A stretch of 64,000 nucleotides of DNA from Candidatus Sigynarchaeum calidifontis (GTDB taxonomy: Archaea; Asgardarchaeota; Lokiarchaeia; Sigyniarchaeales; Sigyniarchaeaceae), in assembly GCA_030587475.2 (NCBI GenBank), contig JAUQYZ020000253.1, forward strand, positions 1-64,000, in the 5' to 3' direction. Each line of letters begins with the position of its first letter. Position 1 is the first letter of the stretch. Positions 1-8,322 of this stretch are shown piece after piece. Under the pieces are notes generated by a model. That model did no database searches. It saw only the letters and a program-made list of their open reading frames with translations, and was not told where the DNA came from. A program made the translations under genes and the position numbers.

Positions 1-491
1 CGCGGGAGGCCGACCCTGACATCACGGACCGCGAGTTGGAGGCCAAGTTCCTCGTGAGCTCGCGCATCGTGGCGGATGCGCTCAAGATGGGCCGCGAAAC
101 GTGGGAGGCCATGCTGGCGCCCGCGTCCCGGCCTGCTGGATTCACGACGCAAGGCGCGAATGGTGCCGGGCGAGTCGACCAACCCGCGATCCATCGACCA
201 GGTGCGCCGCGAGCCGCGAGCCCTTCCCCTTCCCCTTCCCCTTCTCCTACCCGGTACCTCGCCGTCACGATCGAGCCCGTCGCCGGCCGCGGCGATCCCC
301 CGCCCTTCAGGTACAAGGCCGCGCAAGCGGATGCGGAGTGGCACCAAGCCGACACGCCCGGCATCGAAGGCATCCTCGGCGACCTGGCCAAGCAAGGCTG
401 GGAGCTCGTCTACATGGGTCGCATCGGCCTCGGGCACGCCGCGGCGTCGGCCTTCGGCGGCTCGTACGAGTGCATTTTCGTGCAGAGATAG
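1..491 (+). CDS. Hypothetical protein, 5'-truncated by the window edge; Pro/Ser linker and C-terminal DUF4177-like domain
   Basis: Frame is open back to base 3 (READPDITDRELEAKF...). C-terminal ILGDLAKQGWELVYMG resembles the DUF4177 'L..LG..GWELV' signature. Confidence 0.6.
   Translation, partial: READPDITDRELEAKFLVSSRIVADALKMGRETWEAMLAPASRPAGFTTQGANGAGRVDQPAIHRPGAPRAASPSPSPSPSPTRYLAVTIEPVAGRGDPPPFRYKAAQADAEWHQADTPGIEGILGDLAKQGWELVYMGRIGLGHAAASAFGGSYECIFVQR
222..245 (+). repeat. (CCTTCC)x3 plus one degenerate unit; hexamer microsatellite encoding a PSPSPSPS linker
   Basis: ccttcc ccttcc ccttcc ccttct read directly from the sequence. Confidence 0.85.
335..491 (+). repeat. Direct repeat copy 1 (3' end of the first gene)
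   Basis: 361-394 gcatcgaaggcatcctcggcgacctggccaagca is identical to 1417-1450; 361-~480 aligns without gaps to 2819-~2938. Confidence 0.9.
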
Positions 492-587
492 GAAATTGCA
501 CGTTCGCACGGCGCGCTGGAACACGTCGCCTCCCCGACCCGCTCCGATAAGCATTTATTCCTTTCTCGCCATGATATACTCGAGACC

Positions 588-803
588 ATGGTGAGCACGA
601 GATCGAAAGCGAAGAGGCAGAAATCCTCGGCAGTCGAGCCTCCACGAGATCCACGAGATCCCATCACGAGCTGCTCGCGGTGCCATCGGATGATACCGAA
701 GGGGGAGCCGTTCAGCAAGAATTACATCACGAATGAAATCTACTGCGAGGATTGCGAGGAAGAACTCATCCTGGCAGATGGTAACCTGTTATCATTCGAT
801 TAA
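588..803 (+). CDS. Small zinc-finger protein (CSRC...CEDC)
   Basis: 71-aa ORF with two CxxC pairs, ATG start and an AT-rich promoter-like region upstream. Confidence 0.65.
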   Translation: MVSTRSKAKRQKSSAVEPPRDPRDPITSCSRCHRMIPKGEPFSKNYITNEIYCEDCEEELILADGNLLSFD

Positions 804-827
804 CCTGCACGTGAAAATGAATAACAG

Positions 828-1391
828 GTGGTGGCGATTTCTTTTTGTTTCAAGCGGTTATCCGACAAATTCAAAAACAGCCCGTTTAAAACTGGAGAAG
901 AGGCCTTTGACAAGTTAAACGAAGCATCGGGAACCTTGGAAGAGTATTACAACGAGGATCTTGTTGGATCCGGGGCCTACACGACATATCAATTCACTGA
1001 AGAGCAATCGTCCATTCCAGATCTCGTGATACACGGATTAATCAGGTACAAGGAAGTTCCAATCAGAACCTTCCATGACTTGCTTGATCAAATAACGATG
1101 GATTCGGACGTGAAGAGAACCATAAAGAAAGATCTCGATGATTACCATCCAAGAATAATATACCTTAATCGCATCGGTATTCAAGAAAACCAGAAGAAAA
1201 AACGAATAGGCACCTTGATCGCAAGATTTTTTGATTTCTTGATGCTGCGCGAGCAAGAAAATCTCGTGATATATGCCAAGGTGTTAAGTAAACTTGATAT
1301 CTTCCTTTCGGGGTCATATATCACGATAGGAAGTGGCAAAGATAGCCAATGGGGAGATTATTTCGTAAAATATCGTGTAATTTTTCATTAG
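828..1391 (+). CDS. AT-rich hypothetical protein with a probable GNAT (acetyltransferase) fold
   Basis: IYLNRIGIQENQKKKRIGTLI resembles GNAT motif A (beta4, Q/RxxGxG); visibly lower GC than flanking genes. Confidence 0.55.
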   Translation: MVAISFCFKRLSDKFKNSPFKTGEEAFDKLNEASGTLEEYYNEDLVGSGAYTTYQFTEEQSSIPDLVIHGLIRYKEVPIRTFHDLLDQITMDSDVKRTIKKDLDDYHPRIIYLNRIGIQENQKKKRIGTLIARFFDFLMLREQENLVIYAKVLSKLDIFLSGSYITIGSGKDSQWGDYFVKYRVIFH

Positions 1392-1453
1392 GAATGGCGG
1401 CAGGCCGACACGCCTAGCATCGAAGGCATCCTCGGCGACCTGGCCAAGCACGG
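1391..1453 (+). repeat. Direct repeat copy 2 (~60 bp), starting at the stop codon of the GNAT-like gene
   Basis: 1391-1450 vs 335-394: 6 mismatches in 60 nt by manual alignment, with a 34-nt exact core. Confidence 0.9.
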
Positions 1454-1607
1454 TGATGATCTTGCCATTCTTGTCTTTAAACGACACGATGTAACAGATA
1501 TCCTTGCTCACGTCCATGCGAATTACAGAGTGGGACATACCACCATCGAATAACACGTTCTTTTTGTGCAAGGATAAACACCATAAACATCACGAGGTGC
1601 TTTGTAA

Positions 1608-2042
1608 TCATCGTTTCGGTTGCAAATATTTCTTGTGCGATTGATACCGGGCGTTGTACGGGCGGCTCGCTTGCTGTTTGCTGGTTCCTCCGGCCGCGCG
1701 TGCCGCGTCTGCAGCCGCAACCGGCCTATCCTTGGTCGCATCCTTGGGTTTTTTTCTCGGCTCGGCGCCCGTGATCCCTTTCTTGTGCGCTTGGAACACG
1801 TTTCGCCAGCCAAGCGGGAACAGGATGCTCGCCGGGATCACGCCGACGAGGGCTTGCACGCTCGATAGCATGAAAAAAACGAGAGGGAATTCGGGATCGT
1901 AGTGCCCGGTCGATAACCAGATCGCGATCCACGCGATGACGAGCATCAGAAGCCCGGCATACATCTTGTGGAGAATTTTCCACGCCAAGCCATGTCGCTT
2001 TGTAAAATACGCGAGCGACCCGATGAGGCTCGCCGTCGTCAC
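1608..2042 (-). CDS. Membrane protein (2-3 TM) with a basic C-terminal tail, possibly 5'-truncated
   Basis: Hydrophobic segments in the ORF; GTG start with an in-frame TGA 5 codons upstream, abutting the vapBC promoter region. Confidence 0.5.
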   Translation of the reverse strand: MTTASLIGSLAYFTKRHGLAWKILHKMYAGLLMLVIAWIAIWLSTGHYDPEFPLVFFMLSSVQALVGVIPASILFPLGWRNVFQAHKKGITGAEPRKKPKDATKDRPVAAADAARAAGGTSKQQASRPYNARYQSHKKYLQPKR

Positions 2043-2101
2043 GAAATCAAAGCATCAGAACGTTTATATGTAGATTGGCTACAGATCACCATGGTGAATA
2101 C

Positions 2102-2380
2102 ATGACATCACGCAATATTTCAATCAGGGACGATCTCTACAAGCGATTGACGCGGTTGAAGCGGCCCGACCAGAGTTATTCCGATTTCATAGAGGCGCTT
2201 CTGGACGAGGGCGTGAAGGGCAGTTTTTCGCGATTGATGAAGTATTTTGGTATAATGAGTGATTTACCCGAAGAAATCGAAAAAATCATTGAGGAAAAAA
2301 GAAAAAAAGCCAACGAAAGCCTTCATGCTAGAACAATTAACCAGATCTCGAGGTTACACGAGGATGACACTCTTCCTTGA
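2102..2380 (+). CDS. vapB: Archaeal VapB-type antitoxin (DUF217-like)
   Basis: MTSRNISIRDDLYKRLTRLKRPDQSYSDFIEALL is the typical archaeal antitoxin N-terminus; overlaps the PIN gene. Confidence 0.85.
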   Translation: MTSRNISIRDDLYKRLTRLKRPDQSYSDFIEALLDEGVKGSFSRLMKYFGIMSDLPEEIEKIIEEKRKKANESLHARTINQISRLHEDDTLP

Positions 2381-2801
2381 CAGCGACGCCATCATTGCAA
2401 TCTTGCGCGGGAAACCATCGATGGCAGCCTTCCTCGCGTCCCATAAATTGGATCTTTTCGCTATTCCAGCCCCAGTTCTCTTCGAAATTTATTACGGGTT
2501 TTATTATCCACCTTTATCGAAGGAATTTCGAGGGAACCAGCGGTTCCTCGAGCGATTAGAGGGGGAGCAGCGGCGGCTGCAGCAATTCTTGAATGACATC
2601 CAGGTTTTTGAACTCACCATCGATGCGATCAAGAAAGCCGCTGATCTCAGCGCGCGCTTGGATGCGGCAGGAATGCACGTGGGGGAATTTGATTCACTTG
2701 TTGCGGGCATCATCCTCAACGCTGGATACACGACGATCGTGACCAAGAACGTGGCTCATTATGACAAATTCCCGGGGCTCGAAGTGTTGAACTACGAGTA
2801 A
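2364..2801 (+). CDS. vapC: VapC PIN-domain ribonuclease toxin
   Basis: LFLDSDAII...FEIYYG...FDSLVAG...IVTKNVAHY acidic PIN motif; ATG 2364 overlaps the antitoxin 3' end. Confidence 0.9.
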   Translation: MTLFLDSDAIIAILRGKPSMAAFLASHKLDLFAIPAPVLFEIYYGFYYPPLSKEFRGNQRFLERLEGEQRRLQQFLNDIQVFELTIDAIKKAADLSARLDAAGMHVGEFDSLVAGIILNAGYTTIVTKNVAHYDKFPGLEVLNYE

Positions 2802-2811
2802 AAGGTTTGTT

Positions 2812-2955
2812 ATGACAAGCATCGACATCTTGCTCGGCGACCTCGCAAAACAAGGCCGGGAGCTCGTCTACATGGGCCACATCGGCCTCGGGCACGCCGC
2901 GGCGCCAGCGTTCGGCGGCGCGCACGAGTGCGTTGTCATTCGATGGACAAGCTAG
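2812..2955 (+). repeat. Direct repeat copy 3; reads as a 47-aa mini-ORF/remnant paralogous to the first gene's C-terminus
   Basis: Translates MTSIDILLGDLAKQGRELVYMGHIGLGHAAAPAFGGAHECVVIRWTS*; starts 10 nt after the vapC stop; below the ORF-track length cutoff. Confidence 0.8.
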
Positions 2956-3063
2956 GAAAAAACATGGAAAAAAGGCAGGCATCATCTTGGCGGCTTGCGA
3001 TTGTTCACACGGGTAAGTATTCCTTTCTCAATGGCCAAGCCACCGCCATGGCCGTGCATTTTT

Positions 3064-3762
3064 TCATGCTTCTGGTGATTGCCGGTCCCGCTCCTTCCAA
3101 ACAGAGAGATGCAATAAGGCGTAGGAGAGCAACACGATGGCGACGACCCTCAAGGGCGGCCCGAGGTACTGCACCAAAGGGAGCAGCTTGGTGGCGATGT
3201 TCGAGATGGCAAGCTCGGCGATCATGAAGGCGATGATGCCTGTCATCATGAGGAGTGCGTTCTTCTTGATAGCCCCTGCTGCTTTGATAAAAGCGTACAG
3301 ATACACCAAAAAGACGAACGTGGCGAGGAGCGGGTTCGCGAAATACTGCGGCCATTCCATTAACCGGATTCCATAAATCTTGATCATGTTGGAAGTGAAG
3401 AGCTGGTAGAACACGTCTATCGCGATGATGCTCACTGCGATTATTCCGAATATCGTGAAGAAAAACCGTGATCGCGTGAAAACGCTCGACTCGATCGAGA
3501 ACACGAGCAAGACAAGGCTTGAAAGGACGAGCATCACGCCGAAGTTAAACAAGATGCCGAGATTCATGGCTCTATAGACGAGATAGGTCAACACGTACGT
3601 CCCGTGCGCGATATAAAAGCCAACAACGCCGGTATAATATTTTTGCTTTGCTTTCTCCGATATCTTCACGATCTTTCGTAATAAAACTATTCCCATGAAA
3701 TAATCAAGGCAGACGGCGCATATCCCGAGGATCGCCATCAAAATTTCAGCTTCCGCGGCCAT
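3064..3762 (-). CDS. Seven-TM membrane protein of unknown function
   Basis: About 7 hydrophobic helices in 232 aa; ATG start; TTTAAA box upstream (~3786-3793). Confidence 0.75.
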   Translation of the reverse strand: MAAEAEILMAILGICAVCLDYFMGIVLLRKIVKISEKAKQKYYTGVVGFYIAHGTYVLTYLVYRAMNLGILFNFGVMLVLSSLVLLVFSIESSVFTRSRFFFTIFGIIAVSIIAIDVFYQLFTSNMIKIYGIRLMEWPQYFANPLLATFVFLVYLYAFIKAAGAIKKNALLMMTGIIAFMIAELAISNIATKLLPLVQYLGPPLRVVAIVLLSYALLHLSVWKERDRQSPEA

Positions 3763-3854
3763 GATATCGGTGCATTCAAAAGGAATTTTAAAGTTACTCT
3801 GAACGGGAAAAACAAGGGATCATCTTGAAAGCAAGCTATTCGTATTCGTTATAG

Positions 3855-4697
3855 GTGGAGCACATGGAAGTCAACATAGGCATGGCGCAGATCCTCGTCG
3901 AAGGTGGGAATGCCGAGGCGAACTTGAGCCGCGCGAGGAGCAAGATCGCGGAGGGTGCCAAGGCAGGCGCGGACATCATTTTACTTCCCGAATGCTTGGA
4001 CCTGGGGTGGACTTTCGAGGACGCACCCCGGCTCGCCAGGCCGATACCCGGGGAGAGAAGCGACATACTTGCCACGTGGGCAAAGGAATACCACGTCCAT
4101 GTTGTCGCTGGATTGACGGAACGCGATGGAAAAACGACCTACAATTCCGCTGTCTTGATCGATGATCAAGGCAAACTGCTCTTGAAGCACCGGAAGATCA
4201 ACGAGCTCGATATCGCACACCACTTGTACGGTCAAGGCAATCACTTGAACGTTGCCGAAACCAGGTTCGGCCGGATCGGCATCGACATCTGCGCGGACAA
4301 CTTCCCGTCGTCGCTGGTCCTCGGCCACGCCCTCGCGAGGATGGGCGCCAGGATCATCCTCTCGCCGAGTGCCTGGGCGGTCGACGCGGATCACGACAAC
4401 AAGCGCCACCCCTACGGGGCCATGTGGAAAAAGGCTTACGGCACGCTCGCCAAGCTCTATGATCTTTACGTCATCGGGGTCAGCAACGTCGGCTGGATCA
4501 CGTCGGGCCCTTGGAAAGGACGGAAATGCATAGGTAATTCGATCGCGATCGGTCCAGGCGGTCGATTAATCGCCCAAGCACCTTATGGCGTCGATGCGGA
4601 AGCCCTGATAATGGTTCGCGTGCAAGTGATCGAATTGAAATCGTGGGGAACGGAATTTCCAAGGCTCCTCAAGAAAAAAGGGTATCGTGGCATTTAA
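3855..4697 (+). CDS. Carbon-nitrogen hydrolase (nitrilase superfamily)
   Basis: LLPE, HRK and ICAD give the Glu-Lys-Cys triad. Confidence 0.9.
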   Translation: MEHMEVNIGMAQILVEGGNAEANLSRARSKIAEGAKAGADIILLPECLDLGWTFEDAPRLARPIPGERSDILATWAKEYHVHVVAGLTERDGKTTYNSAVLIDDQGKLLLKHRKINELDIAHHLYGQGNHLNVAETRFGRIGIDICADNFPSSLVLGHALARMGARIILSPSAWAVDADHDNKRHPYGAMWKKAYGTLAKLYDLYVIGVSNVGWITSGPWKGRKCIGNSIAIGPGGRLIAQAPYGVDAEALIMVRVQVIELKSWGTEFPRLLKKKGYRGI

Positions 4698-4843
4698 TCG
4701 CGGGATATCGATCATGTTTTCACGCGCATTCCAGCCACGTTGAAAATGAATGGATCCATGGGTCATGATCAGCTTTCTTTCGCATGGCAAGGGCTCACGC
4801 TATGGCAGGGAACGATGCCATACTTGCCCTCGGCAAGCAGCCT

Positions 4844-5026
4844 TTACAACCACAATGGACCAAAACAATTCGGGCAGCCTGTTTCGGCGATCAAGATTTT
4901 CTCGAAGCAGTCATAGCAGTAATTGAAACCGCAGTAAGGGCACCCGTAGTGATAATACCCTTCCAGCTTGGATTCGCAGCCCTGGCAGAATTGTTCTTGC
5001 TCCACGTGGGTTTGCGTCGTGCTCAT
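4844..5026 (-). CDS. Small 8-Cys zinc-finger protein (RING/PHD-like spacing)
   Basis: CQGC, CPYC, CYDC, CPNC in 60 aa. Confidence 0.7.
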   Translation of the reverse strand: MSTTQTHVEQEQFCQGCESKLEGYYHYGCPYCGFNYCYDCFEKILIAETGCPNCFGPLWL

Positions 5027-5128
5027 GATGATCCGACCCGGCCTTGCTTCGGAAAAAACGCATTAAAATCCTTTTCGCATAAAATAACTGGGGTCCCGGG
5101 CGGCTTCACTAGCGACAAACCAGTCAGA

Positions 5129-6091
5129 TCACTTTAAATGCAAGTCCTTCAAGATCCCGTAGACTAGCAAGAAGGCAAGGTTGTTAACGACCGATTCGTC
5201 CATCACGCACGTTGCGATGTAGTCCCGGTACGTGTTTTTTAACCTTGCGACCATTTCCGTGGTGGAACGAACGCCGCCCGCGTGAAGCCGCGCGATGAAA
5301 TCGGTCACCTCGCCCAGCTTCTCGAGGGCCAGGTCGCACGACGAGGCCACGTTTTCCGCGCCCGTGACGCCACCGACGTGGCTAAAAATCCCCGTTTCCA
5401 CGTTCAGCGCCTTGATCTTGGCGATGCTCGCCTTGTATTCCTTGGAATCGTAACACGGCGCTGTACAAGACGGGATAGGAGACAAGTGGTGGCGTAAGTT
5501 GATACCCAATGCTTCTCCGAAGAAACATAGGCTTATGCGGCTGCCTTCGCGGATGACGGGCGAGACATGGTCTGGCGAGTGCCCCGGGGTCTCGACGAGC
5601 TCGATGGTAGAACCATCGGCAAGCGAGAACTTGACACCATCCCCGAGGACAACCATGTCCTCCCGCGGGACCGGCTCGATGTTGCCAACCATTTGCTGGA
5701 ACTGGCGACGCGCGCCTTCCACGCGGCTCGGAAGGTCGGCCAAGTAGTCTACCATAGCGGGGGTCGTCACGACCATGGCTGGAATGCTGCTCTTCTTGAA
5801 ATGGCGGATCAATGAGACAATACCACCAGCATGGTCAAAATGGTGGTGCGACGGGATGATGAAGTACCGTCCATCATCGAGCTCGTGGTACCGGAGGTAA
5901 TTAACGATCTGGCCGGTCGTGGCCGACGTGCCGGCATCAAATAGCACGTGATCGCCGTCCGCGTCCAGTAGACACGCGTTCGCGAACAGCGACGAATCGT
6001 AGAGGTTGAGGTCGATGAGATGCACGTGATCGAGATGCTCTCCCGAGTGGATGATACGGGGGGACGGGATCGCGGTGGAATTGTTCGCCAT
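5129..6091 (-). CDS. Metallo-beta-lactamase-fold hydrolase
   Basis: SHHHFDHAGG, TPGHSPDH and FSH motifs. Confidence 0.9.
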   Translation of the reverse strand: MANNSTAIPSPRIIHSGEHLDHVHLIDLNLYDSSLFANACLLDADGDHVLFDAGTSATTGQIVNYLRYHELDDGRYFIIPSHHHFDHAGGIVSLIRHFKKSSIPAMVVTTPAMVDYLADLPSRVEGARRQFQQMVGNIEPVPREDMVVLGDGVKFSLADGSTIELVETPGHSPDHVSPVIREGSRISLCFFGEALGINLRHHLSPIPSCTAPCYDSKEYKASIAKIKALNVETGIFSHVGGVTGAENVASSCDLALEKLGEVTDFIARLHAGGVRSTTEMVARLKNTYRDYIATCVMDESVVNNLAFLLVYGILKDLHLK

Positions 6092-6324
6092 TGCGGGTCA
6101 CCTGCATGAAAAGCCGAGTTTCGAGCATTCAATAAAGCGGCAATTTGCTCAAGGCCTAGCTCAGGTGACCTCTTTTAAGCCTTCCTCGATCCTCTCTAAT
6201 GTTACTAGTGGGAGGGACATTTTTTAAGAAAACCATGACGGTCGTGCCCCGAACGCGGATTTTATCTATTCAATCCCTCGTCCCATGGCCAGCCGGGGCT
6301 CGTCGGTCGCTCGTGCGCGATCTT

Positions 6325-7491
6325 TCAAGGGGAAAAGGGAAAGCGGGCGTTCTTCCCGGCCCGCACGAGTGCCTCGATGTTCGCCGCCGGCGTGCCCGGG
6401 GCGATGTCACACCCCGAGCTGAGGATGTAATTGCCGCCTGGAGCCGCTGCCTTGATGCATGCATTCGCCTCCCGTGCCACGTCGTCTGGCGTCCCGAACC
6501 GCAAGATCGACGTGGAGACGTTGCCAAGGAGGATCACGAACCGCTTGCCGACGACTTGCTTCGCGGCGGCGAGGTCCACGCGGTCGACGCTGAAGATCTC
6601 GATCTTGGGCACCAGGGACAAGTGTTCGAGGAACTTGAGCATCCGTCCGCGAGCTTGCTCGTTCCACAACAAATTCCGGCGGATGGCATTCGCTTGGAGG
6701 AGGTTGGCCGCGCGCGAGGCGCCCAGGTCGCACACGTCCCGCGTGATGGCCAGCGACTCGCCGCAGATGTGCAGCAAAAATCCCGGCGAGTTGACCTTCC
6801 GCGTGATTTTCTTCAAGTAAGGCATCGCGAACTCGTGGAAGAACCCGGGCGAGATACACGTCGATGACGCCGTTGGTTCCGCGAACCCGACAGCAGCCAC
6901 GCCCGCTTCGAGCTGGGCGTTGCAAAAATCGATGATCGTGTCGGTTACCGCGGACAGCACCTTGTGCACGAGTGGCGGGTTCTTGATCATGTTCCGCAAG
7001 AGGTTTTCCACGCCCCAGACCGACCCCGCAGCGGTGATCGGGCCCTCGCAGCCACCGAAGCAAAACTCCCCCGGTTGGTTGAACCTTGCTTTGAAGGATC
7101 GAGCGACCTTGATGACCTCGGGCATTCGGCCGTCCCGGCGGGGATCTTTCGGTTCTAGCCGCTCGATATCCTCCGGCCTCCGGATGGCCGGCACCTCGTG
7201 CACGGGGATCACGTCGGGCATGTAGGTGAGCCGGGCACCGAACGCCTCGCCGATGACGTTGAGATCCACCATCGAGATGACGAACGGCAGCCGGAACGTG
7301 CGTGCCACGTGCATCTGCGCCGCAGCTACGCGCTCCCCGTCCAACAAGATTTCCGGTGCCGGGATGCCTGTCGCGTGGTGGTACGCGTTGATGGAATATC
7401 CCAGGATGATGGGAAACGCGGGCACGGTCGCGCCGGGGGCTCCCATGAGACCGTTGAAGATCTCGGGTGGAATGTATTCGAGCAGCCCCAT
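6325..7491 (-). CDS. Methylcobamide:acceptor methyltransferase, MtaA/CmuA (uroporphyrinogen decarboxylase) family
   Basis: EGPITAA, EPTAS, LHICG, LGNV, SSGCDI motifs. True start ATG 7491 overlaps the TGA of the corrinoid gene. Confidence 0.85.
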   Translation of the reverse strand: MGLLEYIPPEIFNGLMGAPGATVPAFPIILGYSINAYHHATGIPAPEILLDGERVAAAQMHVARTFRLPFVISMVDLNVIGEAFGARLTYMPDVIPVHEVPAIRRPEDIERLEPKDPRRDGRMPEVIKVARSFKARFNQPGEFCFGGCEGPITAAGSVWGVENLLRNMIKNPPLVHKVLSAVTDTIIDFCNAQLEAGVAAVGFAEPTASSTCISPGFFHEFAMPYLKKITRKVNSPGFLLHICGESLAITRDVCDLGASRAANLLQANAIRRNLLWNEQARGRMLKFLEHLSLVPKIEIFSVDRVDLAAAKQVVGKRFVILLGNVSTSILRFGTPDDVAREANACIKAAAPGGNYILSSGCDIAPGTPAANIEALVRAGKNARFPFSP

Positions 7492-8141
7492 CACGAATGC
7501 ACCCCCTTTCGCTTCGCGAAGCGCTCGTCCAGGAACGTCACCGCCGTGTATCCCTCCTTGATACACTCGACGCCGATCTTTCGGGCGAATTCCTCGCTCG
7601 TGGCGGCACCCCCGATGATCACGAGGATCCCGTTCCGGAGGCCACGCTGCTTCAACAGCTCCACGACTTGCGTGATGCTTTCCAGCGTGGGGCTCATGAG
7701 GGTTGACAAGGCGAGGACTTGCGCGCGATGCTCCTTGACCGCGTCGATGAATTGTTCCGCGGGGACGTTGCGCCCGCAATCGATGACCTTGTATCCAGCG
7801 GTCTCCAGGAAAATTCTTGTAACATTCTTGCCGATGTCGTGGATATCCCCCCGAACGACCCCGATCACGACGGTCGCCTTGGGCTCCTGGTCCCGCTGCT
7901 GCATGTGAGGCTTGAATATTGCGAGCGCGTCGTAGAGGGCATCGGCGGCCACGATGATCTCGGGCAGGAAATATTGCCGCTTGTCGTAGCGTTCCCCCAC
8001 GAGATGCATCCCCTTGTGCAACCCGTTGACGATCGCCTCGTTCAAGTCTTTGTTTTCCTGGACGATTTTTTTGGCAATCGAGACTGATCGTTCCGAATCC
8101 CCTTCCAAGATGGCAATTGCAAGCTCGTCGTTCAAGTTCAT
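7491..8141 (-). CDS. Corrinoid (B12-binding) protein, MtaC/MttC family
   Basis: GDIHDIGKN (DxHxxG), YFLPE cap motif, LSTLM, IIGGA. Confidence 0.92.
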   Translation of the reverse strand: MNLNDELAIAILEGDSERSVSIAKKIVQENKDLNEAIVNGLHKGMHLVGERYDKRQYFLPEIIVAADALYDALAIFKPHMQQRDQEPKATVVIGVVRGDIHDIGKNVTRIFLETAGYKVIDCGRNVPAEQFIDAVKEHRAQVLALSTLMSPTLESITQVVELLKQRGLRNGILVIIGGAATSEEFARKIGVECIKEGYTAVTFLDERFAKRKGVHS

Positions 8142-8322
8142 ACCAGGTACGCCTTCCGGCTGTTGCATTTTTCAATTTTCGATATCCAGATGGTTACATG
8201 TGTGAACACGCCCGCGACCTTTATTTACCCGTGGGCTCCCTGGCATCCGTTAGGCACACATCAAACTAACAGGGGATGATCAAACATGACGGGACTTCCG
8301 ATTCAAAACCAGCCCGGTTCGC

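Noticed and set aside
1314-1571. 85-aa minus-strand ORF
   Set aside because: It runs through repeat copy 2 and the GNAT-like gene antisense; at most a fragment, with no supportable call.
335-2955. Diversity-generating retroelement (VR at a gene 3' end plus downstream TR)
   Set aside because: Mismatches between copies involve all bases (g/c, t/c, c/g) rather than only template adenines, and no reverse transcriptase is in the window.
335-2955. CRISPR array
   Set aside because: Only three unequal, protein-coding-derived copies spaced more than 1 kb apart; no cas genes.
6325-8175. 616-aa single ORF
   Set aside because: The N-terminal ~228 aa is an alternative-frame shadow of the corrinoid gene; the real MtaA-like gene starts at 7491.
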